DNA from: Eledone cirrhosa
Lineage: Eukaryota
Assembly (NCBI GenBank): GCA_964016885.1
Contig: OZ024744.1
Span: 3,038,001 to 3,102,000 of the forward strand
DNA length: 64,000 nt
Direction: 5' to 3'
Position numbers and translations under genes: made by a program. Shown in pieces: positions 1-11,959 of this stretch; positions within the stretch are counted from its first letter, which is position 1, and each line of letters opens with the position of its first letter. The notes beneath the pieces were generated by a model that did not search any database, was not told the DNA's origin, and saw only the letters and a program-made list of their open reading frames with translations.

Positions 1-3000
1 GTAGAGAAAGATAGCTTGGTGAAGAACGAAGTTTTGGGGGTAGACAAGGTAGAGAAAGATAGCTTGGTGAAGAACGGAGTTTTGGGGGAAGACAAGGTAG
101 AGAAAGATAGCTTGGTGAAGAACGACGTTTTGAGGGAAGACAAGGTAGAGAAAGATAGCTTGGTGAAGAACGACGTTTTGAGGGAAGACAAGGTAGAGAA
201 AGATAGCTTGGTGAAGAACGACGTTTTGTGGGAAGACAAGGTAGAGAAAGATAGCTTGGTGAAGAACGAAGTTTTGGGGGAAGACAAGGTAGAGAAAGAT
301 AGCTTGGTGAAGAGGGAAGTTTTGGGAGAAGACAAGGTAGAGAAAGATAGCTTGGTGAAGAACGAAGTTTTGAGGGAAGACAAGGTAGAGAAAGATAGCT
401 TGGTGAAGAACGACGTTTTGAGGGAAGACAAGGTAGAGAAAGATAGCTTGGTGAAGAACGACGTTTTGTGGGAAGACAAGGTAGAGAAAGATAGCTTGGT
501 GAAGAACGAAGTTTTGGGGGAAGACAAGGTAGAGAAAGATAGCTTGGTGAAGAACGAAGTTTTGGGGGAAGACAAGGTAGAGAAAGATAGCTTGGTGAAG
601 AACGAAGTTTTGGGGGAAGACAAGGTAGAGAAAGATAGCTTGGTGAAGAACGAAGTTTTGGGGAAGACAATGTAGAGAAAGATAGCTTGGTGAAGAACGA
701 AGTTTTGGGGGTAGACAAGGTAGAGAAAGATAGCTTGGTGAATAACGAAGTTTTGGGAGAAGACAAGGTCGAGAAAGATAGCTTGGTGAAGAACGAAATT
801 TTGAGGGAAGACAAGGTAGAGAAAGATAGCTTGGTGAAGAACGACGTTTTGGTGGAAGACAAGGTAGAGAAAGATAGCTTGGTGAAGAACGATATTTTGG
901 GGAAGACAATGTAGAGAAAGATAGCTTGGTGAAGAACGAAGTTTTGGGGGAAGACAAGGTAGAGAAAGATAGCTTGGTGAAGAACGAAGTTTTGAGGGAA
1001 GACAAGGTAGAGAAAGATAGCTTGGTGAATAACGAAGTTTTGGGAGAAGACAAGGTAGAGAAAGATAGTTGGTGAAGAACGAAGTTTTGAGGGATGACAA
1101 GGTAGAGAAAGATAGCTTGGTGAAGAACGACGTTTTGAGGGAAGACAAGGTAGAGAAAGATAGCTTGGTGAAGAACGACGTTTTGTGGGAAGACAAGGTA
1201 GAGAAAGATAGCTTGGTGAAGAACGAAGTTTTGGGGGAAGACAAGGTAGAGAAAGATAGCTTGGTGAAGAACGAAGTTTTGGGGAAGACAATGTAGAGAA
1301 AGATAGCTTGGTGAAGAACGAAGTTTTGGGGGAAGACAAGGTAGAGAAAGATAGCTTGGTGAAGAACGAAGTTTTGAGGGAAGACAAGGTAGAGAAAGAT
1401 AGCTTGGTGAATAACGAAGTTTTGGGAGAAGACAAGGTAGAGAAAGATAGCTTGGTGAAGAACGACGTTTTGAGGGAAGACAAGGTAGAGAAAGATAGCT
1501 TGGTGAAGAACGAAGTTTTGGGGGAAGACAAGGTAGAGAAAGATAGCTTGGTGAAGAACGAAGTTTTGGGGGAAGACAAGGTAGAGAAAGATAGCTTGGT
1601 GAAGAACGAAGTTTTGGGGAAGACAATGTAGAGAAAGATAGCTTGGTGAAGAACGGAGTTTTGGGGGAAGACAAGGTAGAGAAAGATAGCTTGGTGAAGA
1701 ACGAAGTTTTGGGGGAAGACAAGGTAGAGAAAGATAGCTTGGTGAAGAACGAAGTTTTGAGGGAAGACAATGTAGAGAAAGATAGCTTGGTGAAGAACGA
1801 AGTTTTGGGGAAGATAATGTAGAGAAAGATAGCTTGGTGAAGAACGAAGTTTTGGGGAAGATAATGTAGAGAAAGATAGCTTGGTGAAGAACGAAGTTTT
1901 GGGGAAGACAATGTAGAGAAAGATAGCTTGGTGAAGAACGAAGTCTTGGAGGAAGACAAGGTAGAGAAAGATAGCTTGGTGAATAACGAAGTTTTGGGAG
2001 AAGACAAGGTCGAGAAAGATAGCTTGGTGAAGAACGAAATTTTGAGGGAAGACAAGGTAGAGAAAGATAGCTTGGTGAAGAACGACGTTTTGGTGGAAGA
2101 CAAGGTAGAGAAAGATAGCTTGGTGAAGAACGAAGTTTTGAGGGAAGACAATGTAGAGAAAGATAGCTTGGTGAAGAACGAAGTTTTGGGGAAGATAATG
2201 TAGAGAAAGATAGCTTGGTGAAGAACGAAGTTTTGGGGAAGACAATGTAGAGAAACATAGCTTGGTGAAGAACGAAGTTTTGGGGGAAGACAAGGTAGAG
2301 AAAGATAGCTTGGTGAATAACGAAGTTTTGGGAGAAGACAAGGTCGAGAAAGATAGCTTGGTGAAGAACGAAATTTTGAGGGAAGACAAGGTAGAGAAAG
2401 ATAGCTTGGTGAAGAACAACGTTTTGGTGGAAGACAAGGTAGAGAAAGATAGCTTGGTGAAGAACGATATTTTGGGGAAGACAAGGTAGAGAAAGATAGC
2501 TTGGTGAAGAACGAAGTTTTGGGGGAAGACAAGGTAGAGAAAGATAGCTTGGTGAAGAACGAAGTTTTGAGGGAAGACAAGGTAGAGAAAGATAGCTTGG
2601 TGAATAACGAAGTTTTGGGAGAAGACAAGGTAGAGAAAGATAGTTGGTGAAGAACGAAGTTTTGAGGGAAGACAAGGTAGAGAAAGATAGCTTGGTGAAG
2701 AACGACGTTTTGAGGGAAGACAAGGTAGAGAAAGATAGCTTGGTGAAGAACGACGTTTTGTGGGAAGACAAGGTAGAGAAAGATAGCTTGGTGAAGAACG
2801 AAGTCTTGGGGGAAGACAAGGTAGAGAAAGATAGCTTGGTGAAGAGGGAAGTTTTGGGAGAAGACAAGGTAGAGAAAGATAGCTTGGTGAAGAACGAAGT
2901 TTTGAGGGAAGACAAGGTAGGGAAAGATAGCTTGGTGAAGAACGACGTTTTGAGGGAAGACAAGGTAGAGAAAGATAGCTTGGTGAAGAACGACGTTTTG

Positions 3001-4125
3001 TGGGAAGACAAGGTAGAGAAAGATAGCTTGGTGAAGAACGAAGTTTTGGGGGAAGACAAGGTAGAGAAAGATAGCTTGGTGAAGAACGAAGTTTTGGGGG
3101 AAGACAAGGTAGAGAAAGATAGCTTGGTGAAGAACGAAGTTTGGGGGAAGACAAGGTAGAGAAAGATAGCTTGGTGAAGAACGAAGTTTTGGGGAAGACA
3201 ATGTAGAGAAGGATAGCTTGGTGAAGAACGAAGTTTTGGGGGAAGACAAGGTAGAGAAAGATAGCTTGGTGAATAACGAAGTTTTGGGAGAAGACAAGGT
3301 CGAGAAAGATAGCTTGGTGAAGAACGAAATTTTGAGGGAAGACAAGGTAGAGAAAGATAGCTTGGTGAAGAACGACGTTTTGGTGGAAGACAAGGTAGAG
3401 AAAGATAGCTTGGTGAAGAACGATATTTTGGGGAAGACAATGTAGAGAAAGATAGCTTGGGGAAGAACGAAGTTTTGGGGGAAGACAAGGTAGAGAAAGA
3501 TAGCTTGGTGAAGAACGAAGTTTTGAGGGAAGACAAGGTAGAGAGAGATAGCTTGGTGAATAACGAAGTTTTGGGAGAAGACAAGGTAGAGAAAGATAGT
3601 TGGTGAAGAACGAAGTTTTGAGGGATGACAAGGTAGAGAAAGATAGCTTGGTGAAGAACGACGTTTTGAGGGAAGACAAGGTAGAGAAAGATAGCTTGGT
3701 GAAGAACGACGTTTTGTGGGAAGACAAGGTAGAGAAAGATAGCTTGGTGAAGAACGAAGTTTTGGGGGAAGACAAGGTAGAGAAAGATAGTTTGGTGAAG
3801 AACGAAGTTTTGGGAGAAGACAAGGTCGAGAAAGATAGCTTGGTGAAGAACGAAATTTTGAGGGAAGACAAGGTAGAGAAAGATAGCTTGGTGAAGAACG
3901 ACGTTTTGGTGGAAGACAAGGTAGAGAAAGATAGCTTGGTGAAGAACGATATTTTGGGGAAGACAAGGTAGAGAAAGATAGCTTGGTGAAGAACGAAGTT
4001 TTGGGGGAAGACAAGGTAGAGAAAGATAGCTTGGTGAAGAACGAAGTTTTGAGGGAAGTCAAGGTAGAGAAAGATAGCTTGGTGAATAACGAAGTTTTGG
4101 GAGAAGACAAGGTAGAGAAAGATAG

Positions 4126-7100
4126 TTGGTGAAGAACGAAGTTTTGAGGGAAGACAAGGTAGAGAAAGATAGCTTGGTGAAGAACGACGTTTTGAGGGAA
4201 GACAAGGTAGAGAAAGATAGCTTGGTGAAGAACGACGTTTTGTGGGAAGACAAGGTAGAGAAAGATAGCTTGGTGAAGAACGAAGTTTTGGGGGAAGACA
4301 AGGTAGAGAAAGATAGCTTGGTGAAGAGGGAAGTTTTGGGAGAAGACAAGGTAGAGAAAGATAGCTTGGTGAAGAACGAAGTTTTGAGGGAAGACAAGGT
4401 AGAGAAAGATAGCTTGGTGAAGAACGACGTTTTGAGGGAAGACAAGGTAGAGAAAGATAGCTTGGTGAAGAACGACGTTTTGTGGGAAGACAAGGTAGAG
4501 AAAGATAGCTTGGTGAAGAACGAAGTTTTGGGGGAAGACAAGGTAGAGAAAGATAGCTTGGTGAAGAACGAAGTTTTGGGGGAAGACAAGGTAGAGAAAG
4601 ATAGCTTGGTGAAGAACGAAGTTTTGGGGAAGACAATGTAGAGAAAGATAGCTTGGTGAAGAACGAAGTTTTGGGGGAAGACAAGGTAGAGAAAGATAGC
4701 TTGGTGAATAACGAAGTTTTGGGAGAAGACAAGGTCGAGAAAGATAGCTTGGTGAAGAACGAAATTTTGAGGGAAGACAAGGTAGAGAAAGATAGCTTGG
4801 TGAAGAACGACGTTTTGGTGGAAGACAAGGTAGAGAAAGATAGCTTGGTGAAGAACGATATTTTGGGGAAGACAATGTAGAGAAAGATAGCTTGGGGAAG
4901 AACGAAGTTTTGGGGGAAGACAAGGTAGAGAAAGATAGCTTGGTGAAGAACGAAGTTTTGAGGGAAGACAAGGTAGAGAAAGATAGCTTGGTGAATAACG
5001 AAGTTTTGGGAGTAGACAAGGTAGAGAAAGATAGTTGGTGAAGAACGAAGTTTTGAGGGATGACAAGGTAGAGAAAGATAGCTTGGTGAAGAACGACGTT
5101 TTGAGGGAAGACAAGGTAGAGAAAGATAGCTTGGTGAAGAACGACGTTTTGTGGGAAGACAAGGTAGAGAAAGATAGCTTGGTGAAGAACGAAGTTTGGG
5201 GGAAGACAAGGTAGAGAAAGATAGCTTGGTGAAGAACGAAGTTTTGGGGAAGACAATGTAGAGAAAGATAGCTTGGTGAAGAACGAAGTTTTGGGGGAAG
5301 ACAAGGTAGAGAAAGATAGCTTGGTGAAGAACGAAGTTTTGAGGGAAGACAAGGTAGAGAAAGATAGCTTGGTGAATAACGAAGTTTTGGGAGAAGACAA
5401 GGTAGAGAAAGATAGCTTGGTGAAGAACGACGTTTTGAGGGAAGACAAGGTAGAGAAAGATAGCTTGGTGAAGAACGAAGTTTTGGGGGAAGACAAGGTA
5501 GAGAAAGATAGCTTGGTGAAGAACGAAGTTTTGGGGGAAGACAAGGTAGAGAAAGATAGCTTGGTGAAGAACGAAGTTTTGGGGAAGACAATGTAGAGAA
5601 AGATAGCTTGGTGAAGAACGAAGTTTTGGGGGAAGACAAGGTAGAGAAAGATAGCTTGGTGAAGAAGGAAATTTTGAGGGAAGACAAGGTAGAGAAAAAT
5701 AGCTTGGTGAAGAACGACGTTTTGGTGGAAGACAAGGTAGAGAAAGATAGCTTGGTGAAGAACGATGTTTTGGGGAAGACAATGTAGAGAAAGATAGCTT
5801 GGTGAATAACGAAGTTTTGGGAGAAGTCAAGGTAGAGAAAGATAGCTTGGTGAAGAACGACGTTTTGGGAGAAGACGAGGTAGAGAAAGATAGCTTGGTG
5901 AAGAACGAAGTTTTGGGGGAAGACAAGGTAGAGAAAGATAGCTTGGTGAAGAACGAAGTTTTGAGGGAAGACAAGGTAGAGAAAGATAGCTTGGTGAATA
6001 ACGAAGTTTTGGGAGAAGACAAGGTAGAGAAAGATAGTTGGTGAAGAACGAAGTTTTGAGGGAAGACAAGGTAGAGAAAGATAGCTTGGTGAAGAACGAC
6101 GTTTTGAGGGAAGACAAGGTAGAGAAAGATAGCTTGGTGAAGAACGACGTTTTGTGGGAAGACAAGGTAGAGAAAGATAGCTTGGTGAAGAACGAAGTTT
6201 TGGGGGAAGACAAGGTACAGAAAGATAGCTTGGTGAAGAGGGAAGTTTTGGGAGAAGACAAGGTAGAGAAAGATAGCTTGGTGAAGAACGAAGTTTTGAG
6301 GGAAGACAAGGTAGAGAAAGATAGCTTGGTGAAGAACGACGTTTTGAGGGAAGACAAGGTAGAGAAAGATAGCTTGGTGAAGAACGACGTTTTGTGGGAA
6401 GACAAGGTAGAGAAAGATAGCTTGGTGAAGAACGAAGTTTTGGGGGAAGACAAGGTAGAGAAAGATAGGTTGGTGAAGAACGAAGTTTTGGGGGAAGACA
6501 AGGTAGAGAAAGATAGCTTGGTGAAGAACGAAGTTTTGGGGGAAGACAAGGTAGAGAAAGATAGCTTGGTGAAGAACGAAGTTTTGGGGAAGACAATGTA
6601 GAGAAAGATAGCTTGGTGAAGAACGAAGTTTTGGGGGAAGACAAGGTAGAGAAAGATAGCTTGGTGAATAACGAAGTTTTGGGAGAAGACAAGGTCGAGA
6701 AAGATAGCTTGGTGAAGAACGAAATTTTGAGGGAAGACAAGGTAGAGAAAGATAGCTTGGTGAAGAACGACGTTTTGGTGGAAGACAAGGTAGAGAAAGA
6801 TAGCTTGGTGAAGAACGATATTTTGGGGAAGACAATGTAGAGAAAGATAGCTTGGTGAAGAACGAAGTTTTGGGGGAAGACAAGGTAGAGAAAGATAGCT
6901 TGGTGAAGAACGAAGTTTTGAGGGAAGACAAGGTAGAGAAAGATAGCTTGGTGAATAACGAAGTTTTGGGAGAAGACAAGGTAGAGAAAGATAGTTGGTG
7001 AAGAACGAAGTTTTGAGGGATGACAAGGTAGAGAAAGATAGCTTGGTGAAGAACGACGTTTTGAGGGAAGACAAGGTAGAGAAAGATAGCTTGGTGAAGA

Positions 7101-7850
7101 ACGACGTTTTGTGGGAAGACAAGGTAGAGAAAGATAGCTTGGTGAAGAACGAAGTTTTGGGGGAAGACAAGGTAGAGAAAGATAGCTTGGTGAAGAACGA
7201 AGTTTTGGGGAAGACAATGTAGAGAAAGATAGCTTGGTGAAGAACGAAGTTTTGGGGGAAGACAAGGTAGAGAAAGATAGCTTGGTGAAGAACGAAGTTT
7301 TGAGGGAAGACAAGGTAGAGAAAGATAGCTTGGTGAATAACGAAGTTTTGGGAGAAGACAAGGTAGAGAAAGATAGCTTGGTGAAGAACGACGTTTTGAG
7401 GGAAGACAAGGTAGAGAAAGATAGCTTGGTGAAGAACGAAGTTTTGGGGGAAGACAAGGTAGAGAAAGATAGCTTGGTGAAGAACGAAGTTTTGGGGGAA
7501 GACAAGGTAGAGAAAGATAGCTTGGTGAAGAACGAAGTTTTGGGGAAGACAATATAGAGAAAGATAGCTTGGTGAAGAACGAAGTTTTGGGGGAAGACAA
7601 GGTAGAGAAAGATAGCTTGGTGAAGAAGGAAATTTTGAGGGAAGACAAGGTAGAGAAAAATAGCTTGGTGAAGAACGACGTTTTGGTGGAAGACAAGGTA
7701 GAGAAAGATAGCTTGGTGAAGAACGATGTTTTGGGGAAGACAATGTAGAGAAAGATAGCTTGGTGAATAACGAAGTTTTGGGAGAAGACAAGGTAGAGAA
7801 AGATAGCTTGGTGAAGAACGACGTTTTGGGAGAAGACAAGGTAGAGAAAG
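4126..7850. repeat. Higher-order duplication, ~1960-bp offset (~41 monomers)
   Basis: Matching ORF-track segments: 4653->6613 (1960), 5273->7234 (1961), 5799->7760 (1961). Shared variants GGATGAC (~5059/~7019) and GAAAAATAG (~5695/~7655). Boundaries approximate. Confidence 0.8.
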
Positions 7851-8149
7851 ATAGCTTGGTGAAGAACGAAGTTTTGAGGGGAAACAAGGTAGAGAAAGAT
7901 AGCTTGGTGAAGAACGAAGTTTTGGGGGAAGACAAGGTAGAGAAAGATAGCTTGGTGAAGAACGGAGTTTTGGTGGAAGACAAGGTAGAGAAAGATAGCT
8001 TGGTGAAGAACGAAGTTGTGGGGGAAGACAAGGTAGAGAAAGATAGCTTGGTGAAGAACGAAGTTTTGAGGGAAGACAATGTAGAGAAAGATAGCTTGGT
8101 GAAGAACGAAGTTTTGGGGAAGACAATGTAGAGAAAGATAGCTTGGTGA

Positions 8150-10670
8150 AGAACGAAGTTTTGGGGGAAGACAAGGTAGAGAAAGATAGCTTGGTGAAGA
8201 GGGAAGTTTTGGGAGAAGACAAGGTAGAGAAAGATAGCTTGGTGAAGAACGAAGTTTTGAGGGAAGACAAGGTAGAGAAAGATAGCTTGGTGAAGAACGA
8301 CGTTTTGAGGGAAGACAAGGTAGAGAAAGATAGCTTGGTGAAGAACGACGTTTTGTGGGAAGACAAGGTAGAGAAAGATAGCTTGGTGAAGAACGAAGTT
8401 TTGGGGAAGACAATGTAGAGAAAGATAGCTTGGTGAAGAACGAAGTTTGGGGGAAGACAAGGTAGAGAAAGATAGCTTGGTGAATAACGAAGTTTTGGGA
8501 GAAGACAAGGTCGAGAAAGATAGCTTGGTGAAGAACGACGTTTTGGTGGAAGACAAGGTAGAGAAAGATAGCTTGGTGAAGAACGATATTTTGGGGAAGA
8601 CAATGTAGAGAAAGATAGCTTGGTGAAGAACGAAGTTTTGGGGGAAGACAAGGTAGAGAAAGATAGCTTGGTGAAGAACGAAGTTTTGAGGGAAGACAAG
8701 GTAGAGAAAGATAGCTTGGTGAATAACGAAGTTTTGGGAGAAGACAAGGTAGAGAAAGATAGTTGGTGAAGAACGAAGTTTTGAGGGAAGACAAGGTAGA
8801 GAAAGATAGCTTGGTGAAGAACGACGTTTTGAGGGAAGACAAGGTAGAGAAAGATAGCTTGGTGAAGAACGACGTTTTGTGGGAAGACAAGGTAGAGAAA
8901 GATAGCTTGGTGAAGAACGGAGTTTTGGGGGAAGACAAGGTAGAGAAAGATAGCTTGGTGAAGAACGAAGTTTTGTGGGAAGACAAGGTAGAGAAAGATA
9001 GCTTGGTGAAGAACGAAGTTTTGAGGGAAGACAAGGTAGAGAAAGATCGCTTGGTGAAGAACGACGTTTTGAGGGAAGACAAGGTAGAGAAAGATAGCTT
9101 GGTGAAGAACGACGTTTTGTGGGAAGAGAAGGTAGAGAAAGATAGCTTGGTGAAGAACGAAGTTTTGGGGGAAGACAAGGTAGTGAAAGATAGCTTGGTG
9201 AAGAACGATATTTTGGGGGAAGACAAGGTAGAGAAAGATAGCTTGGTGAAGAACGAAGTTTTGGGGGAAGACAAGGTAGAGAAAGATAGCTTGGTGAAGA
9301 ACGAAGTTTGGGGGAAAACAATGTAGAGAAAGATAGCTTGGTGAAGAACGAAGTTTTGGGGGAAGACAAGGTAGAGAAAGATAGCTTGGTGAAGAACGAA
9401 GTTTTGGGGGAAGACAAGGTAGAGAAAGATAGCTTGGTGAAGAGGGAAGTTTTGGGAGAAGACAAGGTAGAGAAAGATAGCTTGGTGAAGAACGAAGTTT
9501 TGAGGGAAGACAAGGTAGAGAAAGATAGCTTGGTGAAGAACGACGTTTTGAGGGAAGACAAGGTAGAGAAAGATAGCTTGGTGAAGAACGACGTTTTGTG
9601 GGAAGACAAGGTAGAGAAAGATAGCTTGGTGAAGAACGAAGTTTTGGGGAAGACAATGTAGAGAAAGATAGCTTGGTGAAGAACGAAGTTTGGGGGAAGA
9701 CAAGGTAGAGAAAGATAGCTTGGTGAATAACGAAGTTTTGGGAGAAGACAAGGTCGAGAAAGATAGCTTGGTGAAGAACGACGTTTTGGTGGAAGACAAG
9801 GTAGAGAAAGATAGCTTGGTGAAGAACGATATTTTGGGGAAGACAATGTAGAGAAAGATAGCTTGGTGAAGAACGAAGTTTTGGGGGAAGACAAGGTAGA
9901 GAAAGATAGCTTGGTGAAGAACGAAGTTTTGAGGGAAGACAAGGTAGAGAAAGATAGCTTGGTGAATAACGAAGTTTTGGGAGAAGACAAGGTAGAGAAA
10001 GATAGTTGGTGAAGAACGAAGTTTTGAGGGAAGACAAGGTAGAGAAAGATAGCTTGGTGAAGAACGACGTTTTGAGGGAAGACAAGGTAGAGAAAGATAG
10101 CTTGGTGAAGAACGACGTTTTGTGGGAAGACAAGGTAGAGAAAGATAGCTTGGTGAAGAACGGAGTTTTGGGGGAAGACAAGGTAGAGAAAGATAGCTTG
10201 GTGAAGAACGAAGTTTTGGGGGAAGACAAGGTAGAGAAAGATAGCTTGGTGAAGAACGAAGTTTTGAGGGAAGACAAGGTAGAGAAAGATCGCTTGGTGA
10301 AGAACGACGTTTTGAGGGAAGACAAGGTAGAGAAAGATAGCTTGGTGAATAAAGACGTTTTGTGGGAAGACAAGGTAGAGAAAGATAGCTTGGTGAAGAA
10401 CGAAGTTTTGGGGGAAGACAAGGTAGTGAAAGATAGCTTGGTGAAGAACGAAATTTTGGGGGAAGACAAGGTAGAGAAAGATAGCTTGGTGAAGAACGAA
10501 GTTTTGGGGGAAGACAAGGTAGAGAAAGATAGCTTGGTGAAGAACGAAGTTTGGGGGAAGACAATGTAGAGAAAGATAGCTTGGTGAAGAACGAAGTTTT
10601 GGGGGAAGACAAGGTAGAGAAAGATAGCTTGGTGAATAACGAAGTTTTGGGAGAAGACAAGGTCGAGAAA
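8150..10670. repeat. Tandem higher-order duplication, 1243-bp period (26 monomers)
   Basis: Private markers recur at exactly 1243 bp: GATC at 9045 and 10288, GTAGTG at 9180 and 10423. ORFs 8763->10006 and 9308->10551. Boundaries approximate. Confidence 0.88.
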
Positions 10671-11959
10671 GATAGCTTGGTGAAGAACGAAATTTTGAGG
10701 GAAGACAAGGTAGAGAAAGATAGCTTGGTGAAGAACGACGTTTTGGTGGAAGACAAGGTAGAGAAAGATAGCTTGGTGAAGAACGATATTTTGGGGAAGA
10801 CAATGTAGAGAAAGATAGCTTGGTGAAGAACGAAGTTTTGAGGGAAGACAAGGTAGAGAAAGATAGCTTGGTGAATAACGAAGTTTTGGGAGAAGACAAG
10901 GTAGAGAAAGATAGCTTGGTGAAGAACGAAGTTTTGGGGGAAGACAAGGTAGAGAAAGATAGCTTGGTGAAGAACGGAGTTTTGGGGGAAGACAAGGTAG
11001 AGAAAGATAGCTTGGTGAAGAACGAAGTTGTGGGCGAAGACAAGGTAGAGAAAGATAGCTTGGTGAAGAACGAAGTTTTGAGGGAAGACAATGTAGAGAA
11101 AGATAGCTTGGTGAAGAACGAAGTTTTGGGGAAGACAATGTAGAGAAAGATAGCTTGGTGAAGAACGAAGTTTTGGGGGAAGACAAGGTAGAGAAAGATA
11201 GCTTGGTGAAGAGGGAAGTTTTGGGAGAAGACAAGGTAGAGAAAGATAGCTTGGTGAAGAACGAAGTTTTGAGGGAAGACAAGGTAGAGAAAGATAGCTT
11301 GGTGAAGAACGACGTTTTGAGGGAAGACAAGGTAGAGAAAGATAGCTTGGTGAAGAACGACGTTTTGTGGGAAGACAAGGTAGAGAAAGATAGCTTGGTG
11401 AAGAACGAAGTTTTGGGGAAGACAATGTAGAGAAAGATAGCTTGGTGAAGAACGAAGTTTTGGGGGAAGACAAGGTAGAGAAAGATAGCTTGGTGAATAA
11501 CGGAGTTTTGGGAGAAGACAAGGTCGAGAAAGATAGCTTGGTGAAGAACGACGTTTTGGTGGAAGACAAGGTAGAGAAAGATAGCTTGGTGAAGAACGAT
11601 ATTTTGGGGAAGACAATGTAGAGAAAGATAGCTTGGTGAAGAACGAAGTTTTGGGGGAAGACAAGGTAGAGAAAGATAGCTTGGTGAAGAACGAAGTTTT
11701 GAGGGAAGACAAGGTAGAGAAAGATAGCTTGGTGAATAACGAAGTTTTGGGAGAAGACAAGGTAGAGAAAGATAGTTGGTGAAGAACGAAGTTTTGAGGG
11801 AAGACAAGGTAGAGAAAGATAGCTTGGTGAAGAACGACGTTTTGTGGGAAGACAAGGTAGAGAAAGATAGCTTGGTGAAGAACGAAGTTTTGGGGGAAGA
11901 CAAGGTAGAGAAAGATAGCTTGGTGAAGAACGAAGTTTTGGGGAAGACAATGTAGAGAA

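Noticed and set aside
15-31. CENP-B box on the - strand (CTTCGTTCTTCACCAAG)
   Set aside because: It shares only the 5' CTTCGTT with the box and lacks the required A and CGGG of TTCGNNNNANNCGGG.
32-40. TTTTGGGG (hypotrich ciliate telomere unit) and TTTGAGGG (plant-telomere-like) motifs
   Set aside because: Only one copy per 48 bp, never tandem, and located in the most variable part of the monomer.
1-48. Identity with the human 48-bp satellite (D22Z3/CER-type)
   Set aside because: It shares only the period. The sequence does not resemble that family as I recall it, though this was not verified by a search.
36-300. Canonical G-quadruplex array
   Set aside because: G runs are ~43 nt apart and frequently interrupted (AGG, TGG, GTG, GGA), so the short-loop G4 pattern is not met.
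655-675. Programmed frameshifting or editing at TTTTGGGG restoring one giant + ORF
   Set aside because: It would need hundreds of events across several different deletion types, and in-frame stops also exist (TAA ~12423, TAG ~12802, TAG ~22446).
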